Positions 23,319-36,512 of a DNA stretch of 64,000 nucleotides are shown piece by piece. This stretch comes from Mantamonas sphyraenae STR306. Its lineage: Eukaryota > Protista > CRuMs. Under the pieces are notes generated by a model. It worked only from the letters and a program-made list of their open reading frames with translations, had not been told where the DNA came from and ran no database searches. The stretch lies in NCBI GenBank assembly GCA_026936335.1, contig JAPMXV010000059.1:268105-332104 (forward strand), read 5' to 3'. Made by a program: the position numbers and the translations under genes. The first letter of the stretch is position 1, and each line of letters opens with the position of its first letter.

Positions 23319-26236
23319 CTAGTCCTCCAAGTCCTCCTCGACTTGCCTGGGCCCTTCGCCAAGGCTGGCAAGGCTAGCTTCAAACTCGTCATCATCCAGG
23401 TCGAGGTCCAGGCGCGCCTTGCGCTCGGATGCAGCGGCGTTGCTTGTGCTTGGGCTTGTCGCGTCTCGCGCAGTCTCGCGGGGGCCGTCGATGGCAGGTA
23501 CCTTGACAGAGGCACGTGCGTTGGAGCTGCCTCGTGTGCTGGGCTTTCGGATACTGGACGCATTCTCCACGCGTCGCAGCGTCCGTCGGCCGCTCTCCTC
23601 GTCTTCCTCGTTCTCCACGTCGTCGAAGCCCAGATCCATAAAGGCGTCGTCGGTGCCCAGGCGCAGGCTCTCCACCGTAGTGCTGTTGATTGTGCCGTAT
23701 CTGTGCGGATCCTCAAAGCAGGGCATGCCCGTGTCTGCCAGACACTGGCGAAAGTCGTCGTTGTTCTTGTACAGCGCGGCACAGCACAGGCCCACGGCCG
23801 CTGAAATGAGGATGGCAATGACCAAACCAGCGCCTCCACTGCCGCCAGGACCCAGAGTGATTCCCTTGCACACGTACTGCTCAGGCATGTGATCCACGCC
23901 ACCCTTGACCTCGCACGTGTCTCCGGGGACGAGTCGATACCCACGCGTGACTGGGATGACCTTGCCTGGGAAACAGCCAGCGGGGGGGTACGCGGGTTTC
24001 TTGCTCTCGTCCTCCAGCGTGCAGGGGCCCAAACCTCCCGAGTTGCCGTCCAGCGTCGTTCGTTTGTAGCCCACATCACACTCGTAGTCGAAATCGGTGC
24101 ATGGGCAGTTGTCCAGACGCCGCGAGTGCTCGTAACGCAGGCCGTTGAAGCACGCTGCCAACTGCTTGCGGCGCGTGTAGCTGATCTTGTGGCCCAGGAG
24201 GCAGGGCTGGCCGACTCGCTGGTCGCTTGGCGTCCAGAACTCGTAGTCGGAGCCAGGTGCACCAGGTGTCTCCGGCAGGCTGCACTGTTTGCTCAGCACA
24301 GGTGCAAAATCCACATGCACCACCTGGCCTTTTTGTCCCAGTGAGCCGTACAGCACAAATGCACGCGTGGTCGACTCGGGTTCGGCTACAATGTTCTCCA
24401 CCGCAAAGGCTTGATCGGCAAACTGGAACGGTGTGCCATGTTTCGCCCTCGTCCACACTGTAAGACAGTGTGTTGGTCTGCTTTGTCATGTCCACGGCCA
24501 CAACGATGCCTCCATGGTCGCCAATCTCATAGATGAAGGCGCCGGAGTGAGCCTTGGTCCAGGTGAGGCCTGCATCGCGAGACAGGAACGTGTTGGACTG
24601 ATCCAGCTGATCTCTGAGGAAAGGCCCATGGTTTCCCGATGCCAACACGATGCCCACGGCATTGGGCGTGGAGTATAAAGGCGGGAAGCGGTTCGTGGCG
24701 CCGGGAGCGTTGCGCCAGCCATGCAGGTGTAGGTAGCAGTCTTCGTCGCTGACGTCGCATTCAAGGTTAGCGGGAACCTTGAGAGGCGACCACACGCCAC
24801 CCTTGTCGAAGGAGATGCGTGTTTGCATCTTGCTGTTTTCACCCACAATGTTGGCAATGTAAACACCCTCGACGCCATGCACGCGCGACACATGATTCTC
24901 GGCGACGCGCTCCAGAGACACAGAGAACTTGCTGCCACGACTGCCAGACACATAGAGGTTGCCCATTGGCGGTGCACCCGGTGGAGCGGTGGCGTCGTTG
25001 TGTTTAACCCACAGCATGGCCGACGACTCGGACGCGTCGACAAACTGAACCCCCTGAATCTCCAGCTCGGTGGGGAGTTCCACGGGTGTGGCTTTGACAG
25101 TACGCATCGAATCTTTGTGCTCGGACGGCACAAACACCTCCATGGTGAGCTCGTCCTTTGGCGGCTTGGCGTACGGGTTGGGGAAGTATCGAATGACATA
25201 CACGTACTTGTCGGTTTTGACAAACTCGTTGCCATTGATCACCAGCACCACAGGGTTGGTGAAGAAGTTTGCACCGTACATAAAGTGGAACTGGCGGTTG
25301 AATTCTGTAGCTGCAGGTTGTGGCGGTTTGCTGTTGACAGGCAAAGGGTGAAACACGGTGGCAAACACACCGTCTTCGTCATCATCTGCCCAGTCAAATG
25401 AGCGCACATAGGTGGCTACCATGTTGAAGGTTTGGCAAAAGTCCTGGGTGACGTAGAGCTGGAGTGGGGGTTTGAGTCAGCAAAGGCAAGGTGGAGGCAA
25501 GGCAGGGTCAGAGATGAGTGTGCAGGGAGGGCAAACCAAAGAGGCGACAAAGACATACCTCGCAGGCTGGGTGATCCGGGTCGACGTTGCCGTTCTTGTA
25601 GTAGCAGGCTTGGGCGAGCAAAAGGCGAGGATTGCGGGGGTGGAACTTGTAGGCAGTGAATGGAATAGTGTTCTTGACGAGGGTGTAGTTGCCTGCGTGT
25701 CCTCGAGAGTGGGTGGTCCAGATGTTGTTGCTGCCCTGCTCAAGAAAGACCATTTTGCGCGGATCGCGCGGATGAGCGAGGAGCTGACGAATCTTCACGG
25801 GGTCCCCACCACTCAACGCGGCCATCTGCTTGGTCTGATCATCCCAGGTTGCGCCTCCGTCCTCGGAGCGCATCACCTTGTAGTCGAGGGTGAGCACAAA
25901 GACAATCTGCAGTCGCAAACGGAGTGTCAGTTGTTTGCGAAGAGGGAATGGACGCGTCGGCAGACAGGGTCAGACGGGCTGTCGAAACGAAGAAGGAAGG
26001 GAAGTACGAGGGGCAACGGCGTACTCTTTTGTCGTTGCCAATCCAATGGATGTCATTGACGCCACCGGTCCAGTCTTGCACAGGCGAGGCAATGGGAGTT
26101 GGGAGAGGAGCAGGAGAGGAGGTGGGATAGGGGTCGGTGCTGCATCGTCGGCCCATGCCTGGTGCACACACGCACATGCGAGCAGGAGAAGCAACGCAGT
26201 ACACACGCGTGCTCTTGGAAACGTGAGCTGCAGCAT
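23319..26236 (-). CDS. Vps10/sortilin-family sorting receptor
   Basis: Exons 26236-26025, 25906-25559 and 25458-23319, with frameshifts near 26116 and 24430. Signal peptide; BNR repeats SEDGGATW, SFDKGGVW, SRDAGLTW, SVDEGETW; 10CC module CPCTDFDYECDVGY and GYRLVPGDTC; one TM helix and an acidic tail. Confidence 0.9.
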
Positions 26237-26389
26237 GCGGGAGGGGATTGCGTGGGCGAGCAAGGGCGGATCGCCACGGCAGGCGTTTGGTGGGGCCAAG
26301 AGGTCATGTTCGGGAGAAATGGATGTTCAAAAGGACCATGAGGGTGTTGGGTGGAGCATACGCGCGACCAGAGGCACAAGAAGCAGACA

Positions 26390-29300
26390 ATGGTGCGGAA
26401 GAAGCTAGACTCACGCATCCGCACTCTGATTCGGAATGGAGTGGCACAGAACCATCGATCGTTCTTTGTGATTGTGGGCGACCGAGGCAAGGACGTGGTG
26501 ATGCAATTGCACTACATGCTGACGAAGGAGCTGGCCAAGACGCGGCCGTCGGTGGTGTGGTGCTACAAGAAGGAACTGGGCTTCAGCAGGTATGGTGACA
26601 GGGAACGAGACGAGGGCAAGGGGGGCAAGGATGTGGCGTGGGGATGTGTGTGGGCCAGTTTCGGGGAGTACACACTGACGCAATGAGGACAGCCACCGGA
26701 AGAAGCGCATGCGGCAGATGCAGAAGCAGCTGCAGCGAGGCCTGGTGGACGCTGACCAGAACGACGCCTTTGACCTGTTTCTGTCGTCTACGAACATCCG
26801 ATACACATACTACAAGGACACACACAAAATCTTGGGCAACACATACGGCATGTGCGTGCTGCAGGATTTTGAGGCGTTGACACCGAATCTGCTTGCGCGG
26901 ACGGTGGAGACGGTGGAAGGAGGCGGCCTGGTGGTGCTTCTCCTGCGCACCATGGGTTCGCTCAAGCAGCTCTATGACTTTTCCATGGATGTGCACGCAC
27001 GCTTCCGCACAGAGTCACACAAGGTAGGCAGCGTGGTTGGGCGTGGGAAGGGCCCGGGTGACGGGAAATGCGGCGTGGGCGGATTTTCCAGTGAGGGCAT
27101 ACCTGTGGGCTGACACATGGGACGGTACACACACAGCACATTGTGCCTCGATTCAACGAGCGCTTCCTGCTGTCGCTGGCGGACTGTGCGAGCTGTATGG
27201 TGGTGGACGACGAGTTGAACCTACTGCCGATCTCGTCGCACATGCGCAGTCTGGAGGCGCGTGCGCGGTTGGACGAGGAGGGTCAGGTGGTGTTGTCAGC
27301 CAGCAATGCAGAACTGGAGGAGGTGAAAGAGTCGCTGAGGGACACGCAGCCTGTGGGATCGCTGGTGTCGTGCGCAAAGACGTTGGACCAGGCCAAAGCG
27401 ATCATGACGTTTGTTGAGGCCATCTCTGAAGAGACGCTGCGTTCGACGGTTGCGCTGACGGCAGGACGTGGACGTGGCAAGAGTGCAGCGCTGGGCATTG
27501 CCATGGCGGCAGCGGTGGCGCACGGGTACGCAAACATCTTTGTGACGTCGCCGACACCGGAGAACCTGAAGACGCTGTTCCAGTTTGTGTTTCGTGGCTT
27601 TGATGCGCTCGGGTATGAGGAACACGTGGACTACGAACTAGTGCAGTCGACAAACCCGGAATTCAACGGGGCCATTGTGAGGGTGAACATCTTCCGCGAG
27701 CACCGGCAGACGATCCAGTACATTGCGCCGACGGACGGAGACAAGCTGGGCCAGGCGGAGCTGCTGGTAATCGACGAGGCGGCAGCGATTCCGTTGCCGT
27801 ACGTGAAGAAGCTGCTGGGCCCCTACCTGGTGTTTATCTCGTCGACGGTGAACGGGTACGAGGGCACGGGCAGGTCGCTGTCGCTGAAACTGTTCAAACA
27901 GCTGCGCGGCAAAGCAAGCGCAGGAGACACAAGCAGCAGTAGCAGCAGTAGCAGCAGTTCCGAAGCGAGTGGGATCACAGCACGGCAACTGCGGGAGATC
28001 AAGCTGCAGGAACCGATTCGGTATTCGGAGGGCGACGACGTAGAGTCGTGGCTGCACAAGCTGCTGTGCCTGGATGCGACAAGCGTGCCGCGACTGATGA
28101 GCGGGGTGCCTTCTGTGAACGAGTGCCAGCTGTACTATGTGAACAGGGACGTGTTGTTTTCGTACCACCGCGTGGCGGAGGCGTTCCTGCAGCGCATGAT
28201 GGCGTTGTACGTGAGTTCTCATTATCGCAACACGCCGAACGATCTGCAAATGCTTGCAGATGCGCCTGCGCACCACCTGTTTGTGCTTCTGGGCCCCGTG
28301 ACGACCAGCATTCCTGAGGTGCTGTGTGTGATCCAGGTTGCGCTGGAGGGGGAGATCTCGCGAGAGACGGTGGTGAGGAACTTTGCAGAGGGCAACCGTG
28401 CGTCGGGTGACATGATTCCATGGACCATTGCACAGCAGTATCAGGACTCGGAGTTTGCACGTCTGAGTGGAGCGCGCGTGGTGCGCATTGCGACGCATCC
28501 GGACCACCAGCGCATGCGGTACGGCTCACGTGCTATGGAACTGCTGAGTGAGTACTATGCCGGTGCCATGGTGAGCCTGGACGAGGAGGGAGGTGAGGAG
28601 GATGACGAGGAGGATGACGAGGACGACGACGACGAGGTGGACGTGGGCAAAGGCAAGTCAAAGGAGAAATCGACGCTGCTGGTGGAGCAACTGGCACCGA
28701 AGAAATTGACAAAGCCTCTGCTGATTGGATTGGAGGAGCGCAAGGCGGAGCGACTTCACTATCTGGGAGTGGCGTACGGGCTGACGCAAAGTCTGTTCAA
28801 CTTTTGGACAAAGAACGGGTTTGTGCCGCTGTACATCCGATCGACAGCCAACGAGCTGACGGGAGAGCACTCGTGCATGATGGTGAAGAAGCTGGAGAAC
28901 GAGGGGAGCGGAGGAGTGGTTGCAGAAGGAGACTGGTTGGGCCCGTTCAGCGAAGACTACCGTCGGCGCTTCCTGTCGCTGATGTCGTTTGAGTTTCAGA
29001 AGCTGCACCCAACGCTGGCGATGAGCGTGCTGCGCAGTGTGCAGCGTGCTGCGCGAGAAGAGGGCGGGAGCAAGACGCAGGGCAAGGCGCTGAGCAGGGG
29101 CGAACTGGACATGTTTCTGAGCGGACACGACATCAGGCGACTGGACACGTACAGACGCAGTCTGATCGATTATCACGTGATCATGGACCTTGTGCCAGTG
29201 CTCGCGCGGTTGTGGTTTGAGGAGCGGCTGCAGGTGGAGGGCAAGGTGACGATGACGAGCCAGACGATCCTGATGGCAATTGGTCTGCAGCACAAGAGCG

Positions 29301-29788
29301 TAGAGCAGGTTGCGCAGGAGCTGGGGATCCAGGTGAAGCAGACGCTGGCGCTTTTCAACAAGATCATTGGCACGACGGTGAAGCACCTGAACGAGCTGGA
29401 AGAGGAGGAGATTGCTCGTGAGCTGCCGTCCAAGTATGAGTACCAGGACGTGGGTGGCGAGATGATGCCAGTGGAGGAGTCGCTGCACGGTGAGCTGGGC
29501 GAAGCCGGACAAAGGGAGGTTGAGCGAGTGCGCGAAAAGATGGTGGGCAAGCGACGAAGAGACGAGGAGGAGGTGTGGGAAGATGGAAATGAGGATGAAT
29601 TGGAGATGGACAGGGGCGGAGAGGATGACGAGGAGGTGCTGGCCACACCGGAAGCGAGCAGCAGCAGCCGGTCGAAGAAGAGTGAGAAGAAGAGCGGCAA
29701 GAAGAGTGGCAAGAAGAGTGGCAAGAAGGAGAAGAAGAGCGAGAAGAAGAGTGGCAAGAAGAAGAAGAAGCAGAAGCGTGATGAATGA
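26390..29788 (+). CDS. NAT10: RNA cytidine acetyltransferase NAT10/Kre33
   Basis: Exons 26390-26589, 26693-27023 and 27137-29788. Motifs LQDFEALTPNLLARTVETVEGGG, AGRGRGKSAALG, IDEAAAIPLP, GYEGTGRSLSLKL, SHYRNTPNDLQ, RVVRIATHP; Lys-rich tail. Confidence 0.97.
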
Positions 29789-29807
29789 AGAGTTGCATTT
29801 TAGGCGT

Positions 29808-30728
29808 TCAGTCGTCCTGCAGCATCAGGGCAGCCACGAGGTTGGCAGCCTCTTCGGCCTCGCGTCCAGCACGCTCAGCCTCAGCCTTGAGTGCGTCGGC
29901 CTTGGCCTTGGCACGTGCGGCCTCCTCCTGAGCCTTGGCGGCCGTGTCGGTCAGCACAGCCGACTCGGTCTCTGCGGCGTCGGCCTGGGCCTCGGCATCA
30001 GCGACCTCCTGGGCACGCTCGACAGCCTCCAGAGACGCCTGCTCGGCGTGGGCCTTGGCCTCCTCCAGAGCCTCCTGGCGAAGGCGGGCCTCTTCCTCCA
30101 TGGCCTTCTGGAACTCGATCTCCTCCTCGCGCGAGCGATCCACGCTGTTGCTGGAGCTGGAGTTGTTGATACCGCTTGAGTTGTTGCCACCAAGGAGCAC
30201 GGTGACGCGCAGGGTGCCGTCGAGCTCGTTGGCGTAGCGGATGGCCTCGTTCAGCTCGTCGGTGTTGGTCAGCGTGCACAGATCGCCATCCTCATCCTGG
30301 TACTTGACGGTGAAGTCAATGTTGCGCAGCTGGAACACCACAGCGACCTGAGGTGTGCACACAAGCAAGCGTCAGTGGTGGTGATCTTCAAAGGCGGGCG
30401 AAAAAGGAGAGGGTTTTCCGTTTGTCTTTTGGGAGACATCGGGCGACGGCGTGGACATGTGGCAAGAGGAAGCGAGGACGACGCATGCACAGTGTTGGGT
30501 GATGGACGGGGGATATGAGGTGCGATGATGCACGGTGAAGTAGGCCAGTGCGGCCGGATTGGTGACGTGTGGCCGGAAGAAAAGAAGGGTTGGAATTCCA
30601 CGCGTTTGCGGGATTTTCTGTGCAGAGCAGAGACAACGAACCTGGTTCAGGAGGCCCGTGAAGGTCACGTCGTCGGCGGCGGTGAGACGGCGCTTGTCGT
30701 TGTTGTAAGTGAGCTTAAGCTTGACCAT
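29808..30728 (-). CDS. Small PB1-domain + Ala/Glu coiled-coil protein, paralogue A (~208 aa)
   Basis: Exons 30728-30642 and 30347-29808. PB1 basic start MVKLKLTY..DKRR and OPCA motif VKYQDEDGDLCTL...DELNEAI, then an EA-rich helix. Confidence 0.85.
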
Positions 30729-30826
30729 GTTGTGGTGAGATGTGGGTGCGTGTGGTGTTGTGCGACGGAGCGCAAACCCCGGCCCAGCTTTTCAACGGCA
30801 ACAGGAGCGCAAACCCACACGGTGTG

Positions 30827-33800
30827 ATGAAGAGAGAGGGCGAGGCTCACAGAAATGGTTCCGGAATGGACATCGAGGGCGATGGGGACCGGCGCACGGG
30901 GAGATCTGGCCAGGACCGGGTGGATGCAAGTGCATTGTGCGGGAAGCGGGCAGGGGAGGATGTGTGGGCGGATGCAGTGAGCACACACGGCGAAACCGCG
31001 GTGTTGGAGGCTCTGCTGGACATGGAGATCAGCACGCGGTGGCTGGAGTGTGTGCTGTGGCTGCATAAAGAGGCGGAAGAGGTGACAACGTCGTCTGTGG
31101 AGCAGAGGGAAGCAGTGTGGGCTCGAATGGTGAATTGGATGCAGAATGAGTCGGCACAGCAAGCATTGCGGGACGTGACGCTGTGTGCACACGGAGTGGT
31201 GGCGGTGAGCGTGAGCTTGGGACGGAGCGGCAACTCGGTGACGAGTGCAGTGGACGGGCTGGCAGACGATCGATGGCTGCTTGTGTGCAGTGCGTGCATG
31301 AAACGGTTGAGCGGGGAAGCGGAGACAGAGGTGGTGTGGGCGTGGCTGGAGCGTGTGGAGAGGTGCTTGCACTCGGCGGCGGAGCGCACACGTTTCCTGG
31401 CGCTGAATACGTTGCAATTGGCCATGGAAGAGCAATTGCATGTAAGCTTGGCACATATGGACACCATATGTGCGTGGGTGCTTCAGCTATGCCGGGACAC
31501 GATGCACTCGACACCAAAGCAGCTGAAACCGGTGGTGCTGGCGCTTGTACGCCACAGGGAGGCAGAAGCGGTGAAAGAACAGTTTGTAGAGGGAGTGTTG
31601 CGTCTGAGCTGGAGGGCCAAGGGCAAGTTTGTGGCGATGTCCGCGTTGGCGAGGGTGGATGCAAGTGGGTTGCTGGAACGCGTGCCGGAGCTGTTTGAGC
31701 ATGTGGTGGACGCTGTGCTCGAGCATCGTACTATGCGCACACACGTCACTGACCTGTTTCGTCAGCTGGTGGAGTCATTGTGTGAACAGCGCACGGCGAG
31801 GGAGTGCGCGGAGATGGCTGGGCCTGCAGTGGCGGGCGCGTTGGATGCAGACGAGGAGAATGTGGTGATGGGCCGCATCGTGCCTTTGTTGATGAAACAC
31901 TGCGGCAGCGAGGCGTGCAATGCGCTTCTACCGCGGGTGAGATCGCTGCGGGCCAAGATGGAGGCGATGAGCGTGGCGAGGAAGCGCAAACTGCTGTCGG
32001 ATGAGGCACTTCAGGATGAGAGCGACGCTTTGCGAGAAGCGTTGTGCGGGGATGGTCCAGAGGTTTTGGCTGCTCTGGCGCTGCTTTGTGACGCGTCGAG
32101 CAAACATGTGGCGCCGAGCGAGACGGAGAAGGAGCTGCTGCTGCTGTTTCTTCAGCGACACGTGAACCAAGAGACGGCCAAGGCAAGGTTGGTTGTGCTG
32201 CGGCATGTGTCTCGGTTTATGGATCGATCGAGGAGCGACGAGAGCTTCGGCAGGGCGGTGGTAAGGGAGATGGTAAAGGCGATGGTGGAGGCGGATTGTC
32301 ATGGGGTGTACGAGACTGGGGCTGGGGTGCTGACGATGGTGAAGGAGCACTTGAGAGCGGACAAAGAGGAGGTTGGGCAACTGTTGGCAATGATGTTGGA
32401 GGCGAATGATGAGGTGCTGGACGACACGCGAACGATGCTGTTTGAGGTTGTGTCACAAGGACATTTGGACAGGGCATACGACAGCGAGTGGGTGCACACA
32501 CAGAGCATGGATATGATGAACGAACTGAATGCGAACGACGTGCATGCTGGGATGTTGGGTATGCGTCTGCTGTTGGACCACGGGCACGCCAGCGAAGAGG
32601 ACTTGCATGCATGGGCAGCCGAGGAGGCAGAGAGTGTGAAGCTGCACATGGAGTGGGCTACCTTGCTGAGCAGGGATGGCAAGGCGAGGTTGGGCGAGCA
32701 AGAGTCGCTGGAAGCGACGGTGAACTATCTGGCCGAGCAGACAGACGGGCTGCTGCAGGAGCTGGAAAGCAGGCAAGAGGGCGAGGATCGAGGGCGACAG
32801 AATGCGTGGCTCGCGTTTCGTGCGGCTTTGGAGATTGTCAACTTGCACATTGCGGAGATGGAAGTGGATGGAGAGACGGGAGAACGGGTGGGCAGGCTGC
32901 TGATGCGGATCATGAAAGAGGCACGGCATCAGGGAACGGTTGTCGCCGGTCAGAGTGTGCTTCGCAGTTTGTGCACACGTATGGATGACACACGGAAGTG
33001 TGCGCTGGGTGGGCGATGGAGGTGGTGGACGAGCTGGCAGACGATCAGCTGTTTGTGCTTCGGCGATCGGTAAGCCAGTGTGCGATTCTGACGGCCGTGG
33101 TGACGGCGGGAGATGCTGGAGGAAGCGAGGGGGCACTGTTGGGTCGTGTGATGGACAAGCTGATGGGCGTGCTGCGCAAAGGGGGAGAACGTGCGCAGGT
33201 GCACTCTCTGCACGCTGTACGCACGCTGTTGTCGTGCACGGAGCTCAAGCGAGCGAGCGAACAGTATTGGGGAGACTTTCTGGCGCTGAGTGTGCCTCTG
33301 ACGCGGAGCGAGCACTTTGGGGTGCGCAACGCGAGTGTGCTGGGGAGCTGCACGGTGATGCAGCGGTGCACGGCGGGCAAAACGGCATACTTGTTCTTCA
33401 AACGGTATCCAGAGCTGCTTGGGAGTTTGGTGGAGCAGGTACGTGAGGAGAACGTGATCGGAGTGGCGATGGTGGGAGCGCTGGAACGGGCGTCGAGCAC
33501 GCAAGGGTCTGTGGAGGAGCTGGGAGAGGTTGTGGAACATGTGGCATGCAATGCGAGGAGCCACTATGTGCGGCATGTGGCTGCAGATGCAATTGGAGTG
33601 TTTGTGCCAGTGCAGGAGGCTGTGGCAGACGCTTCTCGTCGTGTGGATTGGATCGAGGCCATGGAGAGAGGTGCGAGTGGATGGTCATCGAATTGGCTGC
33701 AAGGGCAGCTGTGGATGATTGAGGCCGAGCTAGAGGGCGTGCAGGACGGCGTGGTGGAAGGCGCAGAGGAAGTGTTGCTGAGATTGCTGTGCGATCGGCG

Positions 33801-33985
33801 TGTGCCGCCCCTCGTACGCTTGCAGGTGTTGACGCTGTGCAGGCATCAGCGCGTGGTAGGAAAAGAAGGGGGCCAAGGGCTGGCAAGAGTGATGGAGCAA
33901 GACGGGGTGTTGGAGGGAGTGCGGGAGGAGCACCCTGGAGGACGGGCGTGGGTGGAACGTGAGGGAATGGCGGAATGGACAATGA
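30827..33985 (+). CDS. THADA: THADA/TRM732-like ARM-repeat protein (DUF2428)
   Basis: Motifs LSWRAKGKF..M..L, RHQGTV, W...LRRS, QVHSLHAVRTL, HFGVRNAS, FFKRYPEL, SHYVRHVAA. Needs a -1 shift near 32997 and a +1 shift near 33964 to reach TGA 33983-33985. Start codon uncertain (30827 or 30866). Confidence 0.75.
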
Positions 33986-33996
33986 GAAGTGGGAGT

Positions 33997-34927
33997 TTAA
34001 TCCTCAGCGTACTGGTAGGCAGCGACGAGGTTGTTGGCTTCCTCAGCCTCCTTGCCGGCAACCTCTGCCTGGGAACGCAGGGCGTTGGCCTTGCCCTGAG
34101 CGCGCTCAGCCTCCTCACGGGCCTTGGCGGCGGTGTCCGCAAGGACAGCAGCCTCGGTCTCCTTGCCCTCGGCCTGGGCGATGGCATCCTCAGCCTCCTG
34201 GGCACGCTCGGCGGCCTCGATGGCCAGCTGCTCGGCGCGTGCGCGGGCCTCTTCCAAAGCCTCCATGCGCAGGGCGTGCTCCTCAGCCATCAGCTGGTTG
34301 GCAGCATGCTCCTCCTGAGCCTGGATCTTGATGGCGGCGGCGACGTCCTCGGCGCTCACGGTGGACTCGACGTTGGCCTCGGCCAGCACGGTGAGGCGCA
34401 GGGTGCCGTTGGACTCGCCCGCCCACTTCAGCGCCTCGGACAGCTCGTTGTCGCTCTTGATGGTGCACAGGTCGTTGTCCTCATCGAGGTACTTGATGGT
34501 CACGGCATGGGGGTCCTCCAGCTTGTACACAGACGCAACCTGAAGCCATGTGTTGGGCGCCCACGTGTCAGCCGGCCAAACGAAGAAAAGTGTGGTGCCC
34601 TCCCACTGAATTCTGCGAGGGCCTTTTTTGGGCGGAAGGCCGCTCACACGTGCGGCGCAGAGTGCAAACACGCCGTGCACATGCTCTCGTGTGCGCACAT
34701 GCATGCATGACAGATGTCACACAAACGTGTGCGTGCATGTGCACGGTGGTGTGTGACGGAGAGTGGCCGGGGAAGGGAAAATCGAGCGAGAGCCGCGTTT
34801 GCGGAAAAAAAACATGCTGGCAAAGAGAGCCACGTACCTGCACCTGCAGAGCCAGGAAGGAGGTGTCGTTGGACACGGCCAGGCGGCGGATGTCGTCGTT
34901 GAAGTTGAGCTTAAGCTTGGTGGACAT
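33997..34927 (-). CDS. Small PB1-domain + coiled-coil protein, diverged paralogue B (~210 aa)
   Basis: Exons 34927-34838 and 34539-33997; same intron position as A and C. MSTKLKLNFNDDIRRL...IKYLDEDNDLCTIKSDNELSEAL. Confidence 0.85.
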
Positions 34928-35030
34928 GTTGTGTGAAGAAAGAGTTTTTTGATGGATGCGTCGGCGGCAATGGAACGCTCGCCTTTTCAATCGACCGACC
35001 GCAAACACGCCACCACAAACACACCCGGAA

Positions 35031-36512
35031 TCACTCGTCACGAGCCACCACGAGAGCATCGGCAAGGATTTGCACAAACTGGTGCACTTCGGAAAAGGAG
35101 TTGTACAGGGGCACCGGTGCAATGCGCATGGCGCTGGGGCGGCGCAGGTCGCAAACGACACCGGCGCGGGTAAGGGCATCGTGGACGTCCTTCATGTCGA
35201 CACTGAACTGCAGACTAAGCTGGCAGCCGCGGCGCTCGGGGTCGCGCGGCGTCAGGATGGTGACGACGCCGTCGTCGAGCATGGTGTCGAGGAGGAGCTC
35301 CAGGTAGGCGGTGAGGAGGAGGCTCTTTGCACGCAGAGCATCCATGCCAGCCTCTGCAAAAATCTCCAGGCTGGCCAACAGAGCAGCATAGGGGAGCACT
35401 GGCGGGTTGGACAGCATCCAGCCAAAGGCACCATCGGCAAAGTCGATCTGCGGATCCATGTTGAAGCGTGTGCTTTCCTTGTTGCTCCACCAGCCGGCAA
35501 AGCGAGGAAGGTCGTAGCCAGCCTTGCTGTGCTTGCTGTGGACAAAGGCGCCACCGATGGTGCCTGGACTGCCATTGAGGTACTTGTAGTGACACCAACA
35601 GGCAAAGTCGACGTCCCAGTCGTGGAGGCGCAGGGGTACGTTGCCAACGGCATGGGCCAGGTCAAAGCCAGCCACGGCGCCGTGGGCATGGGCCGCCTGT
35701 GTGATGGCCTCCAAGTCAAAGAACTGGCCGGTGTAGTATTGGATGCCGGCAAAGAGGACGAGAGCAATCTCGTCGCCGTGCTTTTCGATGGCATCCAACA
35801 GCAGTTGGGAGCTGACTTGGCCCTCTCCGTCCTCGGGAGCCACTGTGATGATGCTGTCTGCTGGATCAAAGCCGTGGAAGCGGACCTGGGACTCGACGGC
35901 GTACTGGTCGCTGGGGAAGGCGTGGTGGTCCAGCAGGATCTTGTAGCGGGTTTGTGTGGGCCTGTAGAAAGAAACCATGAGAAGGTGGAGATTGACAGAG
36001 AGCGAGTTCATGATGCAGACCTCTGTGTCGTCCGCAGCGCCGACAATGGCGCCGATTTCGGACCGGCCAAAGTGGTCGATCCAGAGCCAGGGACGTTCCT
36101 CGCGGCCGTCGTGGTGACCGAGGACACCGTTGAGCTCCCAGTTGCGCAGTTCTTGCTCCACGTATGCACGAGTGCTTTTGGGCTGCAGACCGAGCGAGTT
36201 GCCGCAGAGGTAGATGCAGTCGTCGCCGGTCCGGCCTTCTTCCTCGCTGCGCTCCTGCACCTTGAGGCTGAGGTCGCTGGGCTTGCTTGCGTCCACAAAG
36301 GCGCCTGTGCGTTGCTTTTTGGGCACGAGGAAGCGATCGCGGAAGCCCGCCAGCTCGTCTGCCTTGTCCAGCGCTTCGGCAAGAGCGACGTCGTCCAGGC
36401 CGCACTCGAGCGAGGCTGCCAGAGTCTCGATCTCGGTGCGCGCCGGGTTGTCCTGCACCTGTGCGTCTTTGGAGGTGTTGATACTGCTGGTTCCAGAGTG
36501 GGTGGTGCTCAT
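35031..36512 (-). CDS. KYNU: Kynureninase (PLP-dependent)
   Basis: Motifs IYLCGNSLGLQPK, MNSLSVNLHLLMVSFYRPT, AFPSDQYA, GFDLAHAVGNVPLRLHDWDVDFACWCHYKYLN, SNPP, RGCQLS, RIAPVPLYNSF; no intron seen. Confidence 0.96.
   Translation of the reverse strand: MSTTHSGTSSINTSKDAQVQDNPARTEIETLAASLECGLDDVALAEALDKADELAGFRDRFLVPKKQRTGAFVDASKPSDLSLKVQERSEEEGRTGDDCIYLCGNSLGLQPKSTRAYVEQELRNWELNGVLGHHDGREERPWLWIDHFGRSEIGAIVGAADDTEVCIMNSLSVNLHLLMVSFYRPTQTRYKILLDHHAFPSDQYAVESQVRFHGFDPADSIITVAPEDGEGQVSSQLLLDAIEKHGDEIALVLFAGIQYYTGQFFDLEAITQAAHAHGAVAGFDLAHAVGNVPLRLHDWDVDFACWCHYKYLNGSPGTIGGAFVHSKHSKAGYDLPRFAGWWSNKESTRFNMDPQIDFADGAFGWMLSNPPVLPYAALLASLEIFAEAGMDALRAKSLLLTAYLELLLDTMLDDGVVTILTPRDPERRGCQLSLQFSVDMKDVHDALTRAGVVCDLRRPSAMRIAPVPLYNSFSEVHQFVQILADALVVARDE

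Noticed and set aside
10140-33000. Nuclear G-insertion RNA editing or ultra-short introns at AAG^TG sites as a firm call
   Set aside because: The same indel type occurs in a minus-strand gene and in the telomere, and the candidate mini-introns in THADA would delete residues that look structurally needed. Kept only as a testable finding.
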